From Thraustochytrium aureum (lineage: Eukaryota), in NCBI GenBank assembly GCA_012862495.1, contig BLSG01000172.1:71711-97400 (forward strand): DNA of 25,690 nt, given 5' to 3'. This document shows positions 1 through 9,939 of this stretch, in pieces (position 1 is the first letter of the stretch; each line of letters starts with the position of its first letter). Position numbers and translations under genes: made by a program. The notes under the pieces are model-generated. The model saw only the letters and a program-made list of their open reading frames with translations, was not told the DNA's origin and ran no database searches.

Positions 1-3000
1 CAGAGCGACGGGGCTGTCACCGTGGAGCAGCTTGGACGCGCCAGTGTGAAAGACCTTGTCCTTGAGACCGAGGTGCTCGACATCGTGAATGTGCCCCGTA
101 GCAGGCTCGAGGGCCGGCTTTCAAACCCGCGGGCTGGCCTGGGCGCCGTTGACCACCTGGTTGCGTTGCGTGGTGACCGAACGTCGCCTGTCTTTGCCCA
201 GATCGCCGACATGGGCGGCCTGCCCCGTCTTGTCAACCTTGTTCGCGCCAAGCTGGGGCTCCCGATGAGCGGACTTGTGGGCAGTAGCGTGATCGCCCGA
301 GGCCCTGCGCCGCCTTGGTCCAGGCTCGTCACAATCAGGACAAGTCAAGCAACCACGGAGCGGAACCTAGGCGAGTGGGCCGCCTGGCTGGACGCTGTGG
401 AGACCAACTTTAAACTTGCGGGGTACCCAAGCTGTTTCGTCAATGACCGCGACTGCGTGGGCCTCCTCTTCGCGCTTGTCGAGGCCGACTTGCAGCACTG
501 GGCCGAGGAGCGTCGAGCATGCATTCAGCCCTCCGCTTCAGCGCTTAGCGACCCCGTGGGAGCGCTCGTCCTTTCGCTGACGCGGCTCTTTTCCACTGGC
601 GCGGAGCCAGTCAGCTGCCGCGAGAGCGCAGCGCGGTGCGGCGTACTAGACCGCGTCTTGCTGCGCCTCGGCCAAGTTCAGTCCGAGGAGCCGCGGCGGC
701 CTGAGCGCACTCGGCGTTTCGATGACTCGCACCAGCACCGCCGGGCCGAGGAGGACATCCAAGAGGAGCTCAACGCCAAGAGCGCGTTGGCTGCAACAAG
801 CAGCGCTCAAGGGGAAGATAGCGGCGAAGGCGCGGCGCACGCAGGCGAGGCTGGCGGCTCAAGCCAGGGCGGCGACGCCGATGCCGCGTCAGAGTCGGGC
901 AAAACGCTCTGGGCTCCAGGCTACGGCTATGGCAGTGTCGACACGGCACAATCGGACCGCAAGCGCGAGCAGCAGCAGCGCGGAAACTGGAGCGAACGCT
1001 TGTAACGCTCGAGTGCATGTGCGCTTTCCTCAACATGGATAGCGTCGTTGCCTCGCAGATTAGCCCTGCCGTGTGGGCCGAGATCCTCGACGCGCTCGAC
1101 GCCTCGTGCCTTTTGCGCGTGATGATGTCGTCCTTTTTCGGCAACACGTTCAAGGTTGTCATGGACAATGCAGTGCTGTACCGGTCGCTCCTGCGTGTCG
1201 TGTACTCTATCGCCAGCTTCCCGGCCCTTCGACCGGTTCTCCTTCCGGTTGATGGCGTGTACCGCTCCTTGGAGCAGCTTATGCAAGAGCTCGAAGACCT
1301 GCTCGAAGACATGAGCGAGGAGGACGTCGAGGAGCGTGAGGACGACGAAGACGTAGAGGAGGATGAGCAGGGGGGCGGCATTGCGGCTTCGAACGCCGTG
1401 AAGAAGCGGGCGGCGGCTGCGTCAGCTACTGCTGCGAGTGCTGCTGCCACAAAGGAGGGCGCGTCTGCGCCGCTGGTCGACGTGGATGCGCTCCAATCGC
1501 GATTTCTCGCCGGAGACGCCAGGGTCCTGGACCCGCTTGCGGACCTCTCTCTGAAGCAGCTCATTGAGGCAACAGCGAGCCTTGTGAAAAAGCAGGCCAA
1601 AGCATATCGGGAAGAGGAGCGCCAGCGCCTTGTCGAGGAGGCGAGATTGCGCATCCTTTCGGAAGAAGAGTCCCCCACGCATGACGATGCTGCGGTTGAC
1701 GACCAGGTTGGTGCGTCGGAGGCTTCTCCCGGCGCGAAAGCTCTCGAGGGTGACGGGGACGCAGAAGCCACATTTCTCCGCGAGCTGCACACTATTTATG
1801 AGGACGCGCTGCGACCAGAACTGTTCGGCAACCGCGCGATGTGCGTTGAAGGCCGATATGCACACCACTACCACACTCAGATCGAAGATGACATCAAGGG
1901 CAAGGTGAGCAAGACGCGCATGCGCCGGCTCAACCGGGAGCTCAAGGCACTGCGCAAGTCTCTGCCGCTGCACTACAACTCCTCTGTTGCGCTGCGCGTC
2001 GACACGGACCGACCTTTTGTAGCAGTTTGTGTGATCTTCGCGCCGGACCAGACCCCGTACGACAGTGGGTGCTTCGCGTTCGACATTTACTTTCCTCCGG
2101 ACTACCCCTCCGAGCCGCCCAAGATGAACCTGATGACGACGGGCAACGGCACAGTGCGTTTCAACCCGAACCTTTACAACAACGGAAAGGTGTGCCTTTC
2201 ATTGCTCGGCACGTGGCGGGGAGGCGCCACGGGAAGCGAAAACTGGACCAAAAACTCGTCGCTGTGGCAGGTGCTGGTCTCCATCCAAAGCGCCATCCTC
2301 GGAAGCGAGTTCCCGTACTTCAACGAGCCAGGGGTCGAGTCGCAGTGGGGAACGAAGCAGGGCGACAAACAGAAGCGAATCCACTCGAATGGTGGGTACG
2401 AGCGGCTGCGCGTCGCTACTGTGCAGCACGCAATGGTCGGCCAGCTGCGCGACCCGCCGCCGGGCTTTGAAGCCTTGATCAAAGAACACTTTCGCATCAA
2501 GAAGCGCCACATCTTGCGCGTTGTGGACGGCTGGGTTGCGGAGGCGCTCACGTCCGACACGAAAAACCACCACAAAGCCCTCGCGCGCCAGGTTGCAGAC
2601 CTACGCGAGGAGCTTGCCAAGCTCGGCGACAACGAGCGCGTTGAGGCGCTTTACGAGGAGCGGGCAAGGGCGCTGGGTGAAGCGGTTGGCGCGAATAGCG
2701 AGGGTGCCGAGGGCGAGCTCCTGGCTCCGCATCGCATCTCGCTTTCAAGGCGGCGTCGGACGCGTCAGGGGAAGGGATCTCCAACAACGAAACCGGGAAC
2801 GAGAACGCTCACGAAAGCCAGCAGTCCGCCATGGCCGACTTTGCTTTCGAGGAAGGCGCTGAGGCCCTGTCGAACGGCATTGACGTGCTCGCGAGCATGA
2901 TTGCCAAGATAAACGCGGCTTCAGACGACGGCAGCGACCTCACAGCGGCTGGTCTCGATGCACTTGCAGACTCTGGGCTTGAGGGCGAAGGCGAAGAGCT

Positions 3001-3286
3001 GGGTCAGGAGGTCTCCTCTCTCGGTGCTGGAGCCTCGTTCGACGGCGGCGAGCACAGTGGCGGTGACAGTTGGGGGGCCGGATCTGGGCATGCCTCGTTT
3101 GAGAGCGCCCTGAAGTCGCTGCAAGAGATGTGCCCCAACTTTCCGATTGGCCTTTTGCGAGTTGCCCTCCAGAAGACCAAGACTGAGGCCACTGGCGACG
3201 TAAATGTCGACAGCGCGCTGAGTTGGGTTTTCACCGAAGGCGAAAACTATTTGAACGAGCACCTCGAGCTCTACCAGGACACCTGA
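1..3286 (+). CDS. BIRC6/UBE2Z-class ubiquitin-conjugating enzyme (E2) with C-terminal CUE/UBA-like domain; 5' partial; 2 frameshifts (~985, ~2716)
   Basis: Frame 1 is open from base 1. WAPGYGYG (910-933) resembles the BIRC6 WAKGTGFG motif. UBC core: TPYDSGCFAFDIYFPPDYPSEPP...RFNPNLYNNGKVCLSLLGTW (catalytic Cys 2193-2195), then SLWQVLVSIQS and PYFNEPG. ORFs 22..1005, 1017..2900 and 2831..3286 join by adding one base at each junction. Stop TGA 3284-3286. Confidence 0.85.
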
Positions 3287-3537
3287 TGGAAGGATCGGCA
3301 GCGCCATCCACGACTCCATCGCGTTCAGATATCCAAACCATGAAAGGAAAACCGATGATTTTTTGGGGGTGGCGCGGTTGGGCGAGCAAGTACTTTCTCC
3401 TCACCGACGCATGCGTTGGCAGAGTTTGTTTGGTTGATGTTGGCGTACTGGTACTCTACTCTACCTTACTGTTCTCGAGCAGTTCACATTTGCGCGCCGA
3501 ATCAAGTACCGTTATGGAATCAGGACCCGTGTGCTGC

Positions 3538-4721
3538 CTACTTTGGTTTGGCAGCAAAGCCATAGGCAGACAGCGCGATCCCAAAAGCCTGAAGAGGCGA
3601 CATTGGGTGCCGAAAAGTCGAGGTTAAAACGGCCTGCGTCTGCCTTGCCAAGCTGGAAGACGATCCGCGACGGGTCGGCTTTGTCAGCGAGGATAAAGTT
3701 CTTGGACGACGCCATGAGCACGCGGCCGTTGCGGAACTTGAGTACGAGCGAACCAATGTCATCGCTCCACTTGGGCACTTGGTCTCAAACATGACGCGGT
3801 CGCTGTTGGCACTGCTACCAGGCGCCGGGCCGAGCACCTTGGCCAAATTTTGTTTGGGTGCTTGCGAGTCGTTGATTTGGACAAGCGGCGCTCCGCCTCG
3901 TCAAAGCTGTCCGTCTCCTCGTCGCTGTCGTCACAGTCGCTCTTGGTCTCCTCGTCGTGGTCGGCCACGTCGTGGCGGCCGCCGAGGCTGACTTCGCGTG
4001 CCGAGGCCTCTGGCATGGAGACAGAGCTTGCCCGCTTGCGGAGGCGCTCGTTCGCCAGCATGACGTTGCTATGAACGCCCTCGGCCATCGTGCGCGGACA
4101 CCAAACTACGCGATCCGCGTGCCTGTGCGGCCCGAGCAGCGCAGGCATCTGGACGTCAAAGCAACGCGCCTCTACGTCAGTGCCTTGAATGAGTTTTGTG
4201 CGATGCGTAATAATAGCCAAAACCTGGCGCTCTTCGTCCGAGGCTAGTGTGCCGCAGCTGAATCGGTGAAGGTGATCGTCGCAGAGCTCACAGGAACAGC
4301 TAAACAGTTTATAGCCGCGGCGGCCTTCGTTGAGCTTGAGGAGACTGCAATACCGACGACGCGCGACGCGTGCCTCGCCGGGCTGAACGACGCGGGCGCA
4401 GTCGTGGAGCTCGGCGCCTGCGTCATCGGCGATCTTTGGGGCCTGTTTTGGTGGGCCCGTAAAGCTCTCAGGAAAGTCTTCGTACTGTGAGATGTAAAAG
4501 CTGCCCTTGATGCGCTTGGCTGTCAGGAGGAGCCGGCCCGTCTCTTCCTCGTACATGGCAAACTTTGACTTTGACTCGGACAGGACGAAACACTCTTTCC
4601 ACGCGCGCGGCGAGCCAAGAGCCTTCATCGTCGTGTCACTGACAACCTCTTTGCACCCGCCTTGTTCAAGCAGGTCAAGGTCGTCCACCGCGCTGGGCCT
4701 AGCTGCGGCAAACATGCTCAT
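3538..4721 (-). CDS. Tubby (TULP) domain protein; 3 frameshifts (~3848, ~3779, ~3615)
   Basis: N-terminal Tubby strands FAMYEEETGRLLLTAKRIKGSFYIS. C-terminal hallmarks are split across frames: ETK|xPKWSDDIGSLVLKFRNGRVLMASSKNFIL...IVFQLGKADAGRFNLDF|RHPMSPLQAFGIALSAY. Confidence 0.88.
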
Positions 4722-4830
4722 TGTCCACAGCGCGCGCTTGAGGGCCTGCCGATCGTGTCTCGAGCGTTGGCTGCTATGCGGAGCTTGACGCTTGCTCGGG
4801 CGCCGGGGGCTGCGACCCTTGGGGTCCTGG

Positions 4831-5312
4831 NNNNNNNNNNNNNNNNNNNNNNNNNNNNNNNNNNNNNNNNNNNNNNNNNNNNNNNNNNNNNNNNNNNNNN
4901 NNNNNNNNNNNNNNNNNNNNNNNNNNNNNNNNNNNNNNNNNNNNNNNNNNNNNNNNNNNNNNNNNNNNNNNNNNNNNNNNNNNNNNNNNNNNNNNNNNNN
5001 NNNNNNNNNNNNNNNNNNNNNNNNNNNNNNNNNNNNNNNNNNNNNNNNNNNNNNNNNNNNNNNNNNNNNNNNNNNNNNNNNNNNNNNNNNNNNNNNNNNN
5101 NNNNNNNNNNNNNNNNNNNNNNNNNNNNNNNNNNNNNNNNNNNNNNNNNNNNNNNNNNNNNNNNNNNNNNNNNNNNNNNNNNNNNNNNNNNNNNNNNNNN
5201 NNNNNNNNNNNNNNNNNNNNNNNNNNNNNNNNNNNNNNNNNNNNNNNNNNNNNNNNNNNNNNNNNNNNNNNNNNNNNNNNNNNNNNNNNNNNNNNNNNNN
5301 NNNNNNNNNNNN
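4831..5312. other. N-run (482 nt) in the divergent Tubby/LeuA intergenic region
   Basis: Run of n bases. Confidence 0.99.
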
Positions 5313-5401
5313 GGTGCTCGGTCATTGAGACGCTGAGGCAGGCACTGAGGCGGGCACGGGCTCGGTCAGGCGCTCAGGTGCTCAGAGAGGCAAGCGGGTG
5401 G

Positions 5402-7213
5402 ATGCAAATGGGCGGTTTGGGGGCTCGCGTGGGGATGGCCGCCTCTGTCGTCGGGCGGCGGCAAGGCGGCGCGAAGAGCGTTGGCGGGCTGGCGAGACGC
5501 GCGGTGGCCACGCAGGCGAGCAATGCTGTGGTGAACAAGGACCGCCTGGTGATTTTTGATACGACGCTGCGTGACGGCGAGCAGTCGCCCGGCGCCACGC
5601 TCAACCTTCGCGAGAAGCTTGAGATCGCCAGGGTGCTGAGTAAGTTTGGCGTCGACGTATGCGAGGCTGGGTTCCCAATCGCGTCGCCCGGAGACTTTGA
5701 GGCGGTCAAGGCGATCGCAAACGAGGTGGGCCCGCTCATGGACGGCCGCGAGGCGACCGGGCAGCCGATGCGCATCTGCGGCCTCAGCCGGGCAGCAGAG
5801 AAGGACATCAAGCGCTGCTACGAAGCCGTGAAGGGCGCCCCGCTGAACCGCATCCACACCTTTTTGGCCACGAGCGACATTCACCTCGAGCACAAGCTCA
5901 AGATGACGCGAGACCAGTGCATCGAGCAGGCGGCCAAGGCAGTAAAGTACGCTGCCAGCTTGACGGAGGACGTCGAGTTCTCGACAGAGGACGCCTGCCG
6001 CAGCGACCCCGCGTTCCTCACGCAGGTGCTCAAAGAGGTCATCGCAGCCGGCGCGCGCACGATCAACATCCCCGACACGGTGGGGTACACAACGCCGAAC
6101 GAGTACCAAAAGCTGTTCGAGTACCTGATCGCCAACACCGAAGGGTCCAACAAGGTGACGTGGTCGACACACTGCCACAACGACCTCGGGTTGGCCACGG
6201 CCAACTCGCTCGCCGGCATTGCCGGCGGCGCGCGCCAGGTCGAGGTCACGGTGAACGGTATCGGCGAGCGCGCGGGCAACACAGCCATCGAGGAGATCGT
6301 CATGGCGATCCGCACGCGACCAACCGAGTTTAACGTGTACACGACGGTAGACACGACTAGCATCATGCGCGCGAGCCGCATGGTGAGCTCGTTCACCGGC
6401 ATGTACGTGCAGCCGAACAAGGCGATTGTGGGCCAGAACGCGTTCGCGCACGAGGCCGGCATCCACCAGGACGGCGTGCTCAAGCACGCCGAGACTTATG
6501 AGATCATGAGCCCGGAGTCGGTCGGCTTGACCACCAACCAGTTGGTGCTGGGCAAGCACTCTGGCAAGCACGCCTACCGGGCTCGCCTGGAGGAGCTGGG
6601 TTACACCGGGCTGTCGGCCGAGCAGATCAACGACTTTGTCGACAAGTTCAAGCGCCTCGCCGACGAGAAAAAGGTGGTCACTGACGCGGACATGGAGGCC
6701 ATCGTCAACGACGAGATCTACCAGCCCGAGCAGGTCTGGGACCTGCGCTCGATCCACGTCACGGCTGGCAACCTTGTCAAGGCCACCGCAACGGTGTCGC
6801 TCATGCACACCGACGGGCACGAGGTGACCGAGGCAGCCGTCGGGGCCGGCCCGGTTGACGCCATCTATCAGGCCATTCAGCAGATTGTGCGCGTCCCGAA
6901 CCGCCTCGTACAGTACCAGATCCACTCTGTGACGCAAGGCATGGATGCGATCGGAGAGGTGACCACCAAGCTGGAGCCGCTCGAGGAGTACGAGAGCCCA
7001 GACTCGCGCCGCCGCCTGCAGCGCCTCGACTCGGGGGTTGACGCGGGCGAGTTTAAGAACCCGCAGACCGGATCTGTCACCTCGCGCAGCTTCACGGGCC
7101 ACGGCGCTGACACTGACGTGCTTGTCGCCAGCGCCAAGTCTTACCTCAGTGCCCTCAACCGCATGATCGTCCACAAGAAGACGGTTGCGTCGCGCCGCGC
7201 CGATTCTATGTAG
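5402..7213 (+). CDS. leuA: 2-isopropylmalate synthase with regulatory domain and probable organellar (mitochondrial-type) presequence
   Basis: Uninterrupted ORF. Motifs IFDTTLRDGEQSPG, PDTVG, HCHNDLG, GIGERAGN, NKAIVGQNAFAHEAGIHQDG, LGKHSG, GPVDA and DVLVASAKSYLSALN. About 45 aa G/A/R/S-rich, acid-free leader. First ATG at 5402 (alternatives 5408, 5435). Confidence 0.97.
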   Translation: MQMGGLGARVGMAASVVGRRQGGAKSVGGLARRAVATQASNAVVNKDRLVIFDTTLRDGEQSPGATLNLREKLEIARVLSKFGVDVCEAGFPIASPGDFEAVKAIANEVGPLMDGREATGQPMRICGLSRAAEKDIKRCYEAVKGAPLNRIHTFLATSDIHLEHKLKMTRDQCIEQAAKAVKYAASLTEDVEFSTEDACRSDPAFLTQVLKEVIAAGARTINIPDTVGYTTPNEYQKLFEYLIANTEGSNKVTWSTHCHNDLGLATANSLAGIAGGARQVEVTVNGIGERAGNTAIEEIVMAIRTRPTEFNVYTTVDTTSIMRASRMVSSFTGMYVQPNKAIVGQNAFAHEAGIHQDGVLKHAETYEIMSPESVGLTTNQLVLGKHSGKHAYRARLEELGYTGLSAEQINDFVDKFKRLADEKKVVTDADMEAIVNDEIYQPEQVWDLRSIHVTAGNLVKATATVSLMHTDGHEVTEAAVGAGPVDAIYQAIQQIVRVPNRLVQYQIHSVTQGMDAIGEVTTKLEPLEEYESPDSRRRLQRLDSGVDAGEFKNPQTGSVTSRSFTGHGADTDVLVASAKSYLSALNRMIVHKKTVASRRADSM

Positions 7214-7637
7214 CGAGGAGGCCGTGTTGTTGCCTTGGCGGGGCGAGTCCCGCAGACCGGCCGCGTGGGCCGTCCTCGCCGGGCAATTCTTCGCGCGACC
7301 GAAGGAAATTAATCGGGGGGCCTCGCGGAGAGGAGACCTCGCGGAGGGGAGAGCAAGCCAAGCTGGAGTCTGACAAGGGCCAGCAGAGGTAAAGCCTAAT
7401 ACTAACGCTCAAATTGGAACAAACAAAGACAAAACACACAAACGCTCGGCCCAACTCGACTGCAAGTGGGCGCAGGCAACGTGCCGGTAGGCGCCGTCAC
7501 CGCAGACGCGCAAGGCCGTGCGGAAGTCGCACTACGAGGGGCGAGGGGGCTTCCACAGACCCTTCACTTGAACCCGCGTGTAACGGCAGCGCCGCATGCG
7601 GCAGAGACCCTAGGAGGAATGGGCCGCTTGGAACTCG

Positions 7638-9262
7638 CTAAGCCCAGCCGCTGAAAGCCCGCATTACACGCGAAAACGCAGCGATGGGTTGCCCGAGGTC
7701 CGCGTTGGGCGGCAGTTTTTCAAGGCCCTCGAGACGCCTGGCCCAAACTCCAACATATTCTTGCGCGGCTGCACCGCTGTCACCATCGCCGCCGCCTCCG
7801 GGGAAGTGGCGGTCGCAGCCGCTTTCCCTGGCGTAGGGAGACTGTCCATGACAGACCCGGGTGTGTTGCACACCGTGATCGCCTCTCCCAAACCACTGTT
7901 CGCCTTCTTTGCGGTCGGCCCGACCGGAACGGGCTCAAGGCCGGCCTCCTGCGCTCGGCGCTTCTTCGCGACACGCTGCGCCTCCTCTTCTTTGGCCTTT
8001 GCCAGAGCAGCAGCCTTTTTCTGGTTCGCGAGTCCAGCCTTGACTTGGGCGTCTCGTGTGGCTTTCTGGGCCGCCAAAGCAGCCTTGGCTGCGGCTCGCT
8101 CGGCAAGCACCCTGGCTTGCTCTCGCTTCCGCTCGCTCTCAGCTAAGGCTTGGCGGCGGCGCTCCTCCACCTTTTCTTGCTCGATCTGACTGGCCTTCTG
8201 GCGTTCCTGCTCCCTTCGCTCCAACTCTTGCTTCTCCTTCATGCGCCGGTGGTGCATCTCCCTTCTCTTCGTGTTATTGAGGTGACAGCGCTTCAGTTCT
8301 GCCGCGACATCCTTGAGGTATTCGAGTCCTTTCGTTTTGTGCAGTCTGAGCGGGTTCTTGATATTGTCGAGCACTTCATCAAGCGTCTTGACGTACGCGA
8401 GGACCTTCTCGCGTTGCGGGTGGTTGGCATTGACCGATGCGCGATAGTACCGCAAAGACTCTTCAATGATGCTCGAGTACTTGCTATATTCCTTCATCTT
8501 CCTGTAGTAGTTGCACTTGACGTCAAGGAGGTGCATCCGGTCCTCCATCGCTTTTCTGTACCCGTCCAAGTCGTGGTTGAGGAGAAACCTGTTCGCGTTC
8601 AGCTTTTCGAATTCCTTGAGCCGCGTTTGGACGTCTATACCCTGCTCATGGGTGAGCTTGGCGCCAATGGAGCACTCTTTGAAGTCGCGCGCCTTCGCCA
8701 AGAGGCGGGTCGAGAGGCTACGCCGAACGTCTGTGTAACTCCGCTGAGATTGGCCCGGGGCGACAGCATGCGAAGGCTCTCGCCGCTCATGTGCGTTCTG
8801 CGAGTGCGGAGCTGGCTGGGCGGCGGCTCCAGCGTTCCTGTATTCATACTCGGTCGGAGCAGCTGCTGTACCGCCATACGATTGGTTGTGCGGCTGGCGG
8901 TACCCATCTCGGTGGTGCGGTGGCGCCTGCCGGGGCCTGGCTGCAGCCCTTGGTGTTCGCTCTGTGGCGGCGGGGCAGTAGCCTCCGCTGCCGTTTTCCG
9001 GGACGCCATACTCGTCGCGCCCGTAACCTTGGTAGCTGGCCTGCTCGGGAGCGCCAACGTCGCCGCCATTCTGGTACCCTTGGGGAGCGGGAGCGCCATA
9101 CCCGCCATTGTAATACGACCCGTCGTTGTACTGGTCATGCGAGGGGGGCTGTGCGCCATGATGGTGAGCTGCAGGCGCTCCACCGCTCACGTAGCCCTGC
9201 GCGTTTCCAGGCGGCACATCCTCGTACCCGATCTGCGCGTCGTACCCATAATTATTCGTCAT
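7638..9262 (-). CDS. Hypothetical protein, candidate Mediator MED15-like (Y/G/P/Q low-complexity N-terminus, KIX-like bundle, Med15 middle-like bundle, coiled coil)
   Basis: ATG at 9262 (MTNNYGYDAQ); long ORF to 7664. Adding one A to the A5 run at 7716-7720 gives a more protein-like end (LKKLPPNADLGQPIAAFSRVMRAFSGWA*, stop at 7638). The MED15 identity is by eye only. Confidence 0.7.
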
Positions 9263-9432
9263 GCTCCCCGTCCGTCCGCCCGTACGTCCGCCCGTCCGTC
9301 CGCGCGCGGCGCGCTCCGCCCCACCGCTCCCTGGCCGCGCCGTGCCGACACCTCCGCGCGCTTCCTTTCCACCTCGCCTCCTGAGCCAAACCAGCAGCAC
9401 GCGTAGCCGCTCGGCGCGCGCTTCCTCGCCCC

Positions 9433-9888
9433 NNNNNNNNNNNNNNNNNNNNNNNNNNNNNNNNNNNNNNNNNNNNNNNNNNNNNNNNNNNNNNNNNNNN
9501 NNNNNNNNNNNNNNNNNNNNNNNNNNNNNNNNNNNNNNNNNNNNNNNNNNNNNNNNNNNNNNNNNNNNNNNNNNNNNNNNNNNNNNNNNNNNNNNNNNNN
9601 NNNNNNNNNNNNNNNNNNNNNNNNNNNNNNNNNNNNNNNNNNNNNNNNNNNNNNNNNNNNNNNNNNNNNNNNNNNNNNNNNNNNNNNNNNNNNNNNNNNN
9701 NNNNNNNNNNNNNNNNNNNNNNNNNNNNNNNNNNNNNNNNNNNNNNNNNNNNNNNNNNNNNNNNNNNNNNNNNNNNNNNNNNNNNNNNNNNNNNNNNNNN
9801 NNNNNNNNNNNNNNNNNNNNNNNNNNNNNNNNNNNNNNNNNNNNNNNNNNNNNNNNNNNNNNNNNNNNNNNNNNNNNNNNNNNNNNNN
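9433..9888. other. N-run (456 nt)
   Basis: Run of n bases. Confidence 0.99.
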
Positions 9889-9939
9889 CCTGCCTTGCCT
9901 CCCCCTCACACACAGCTGGAGCGAGCCAGGGCGCGCGAG

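Noticed and set aside
960..1020. Tiny introns explaining the frame changes
   Set aside because: No suitable GT...AG pair at this junction, and the protein reads continuously with a one-base fix, as at the other sites.
3538..4721. Tubby, COQ3 and E2 genes as pseudogenes
   Set aside because: Only run-length-type single-base indels; motifs are conserved and no nonsense codons remain after repair.
5366..7174. 602-aa antisense ORF over leuA, and similar long shadow ORFs (8150-9406, 14235-15239, 770-1792)
   Set aside because: Expected by-product of GC-rich codon usage on the coding strand; no recognisable motifs.
5402..7213. Bacterial origin or recent horizontal transfer of leuA
   Set aside because: It has a targeting-type leader, composition like its neighbours, and clearly eukaryotic flanking genes.
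9268..9303. Short (CCGTCCGTCCGC)x3 repeat before the MED15-like ATG
   Set aside because: Ordinary short GC-rich slippage repeat with nothing to indicate function.
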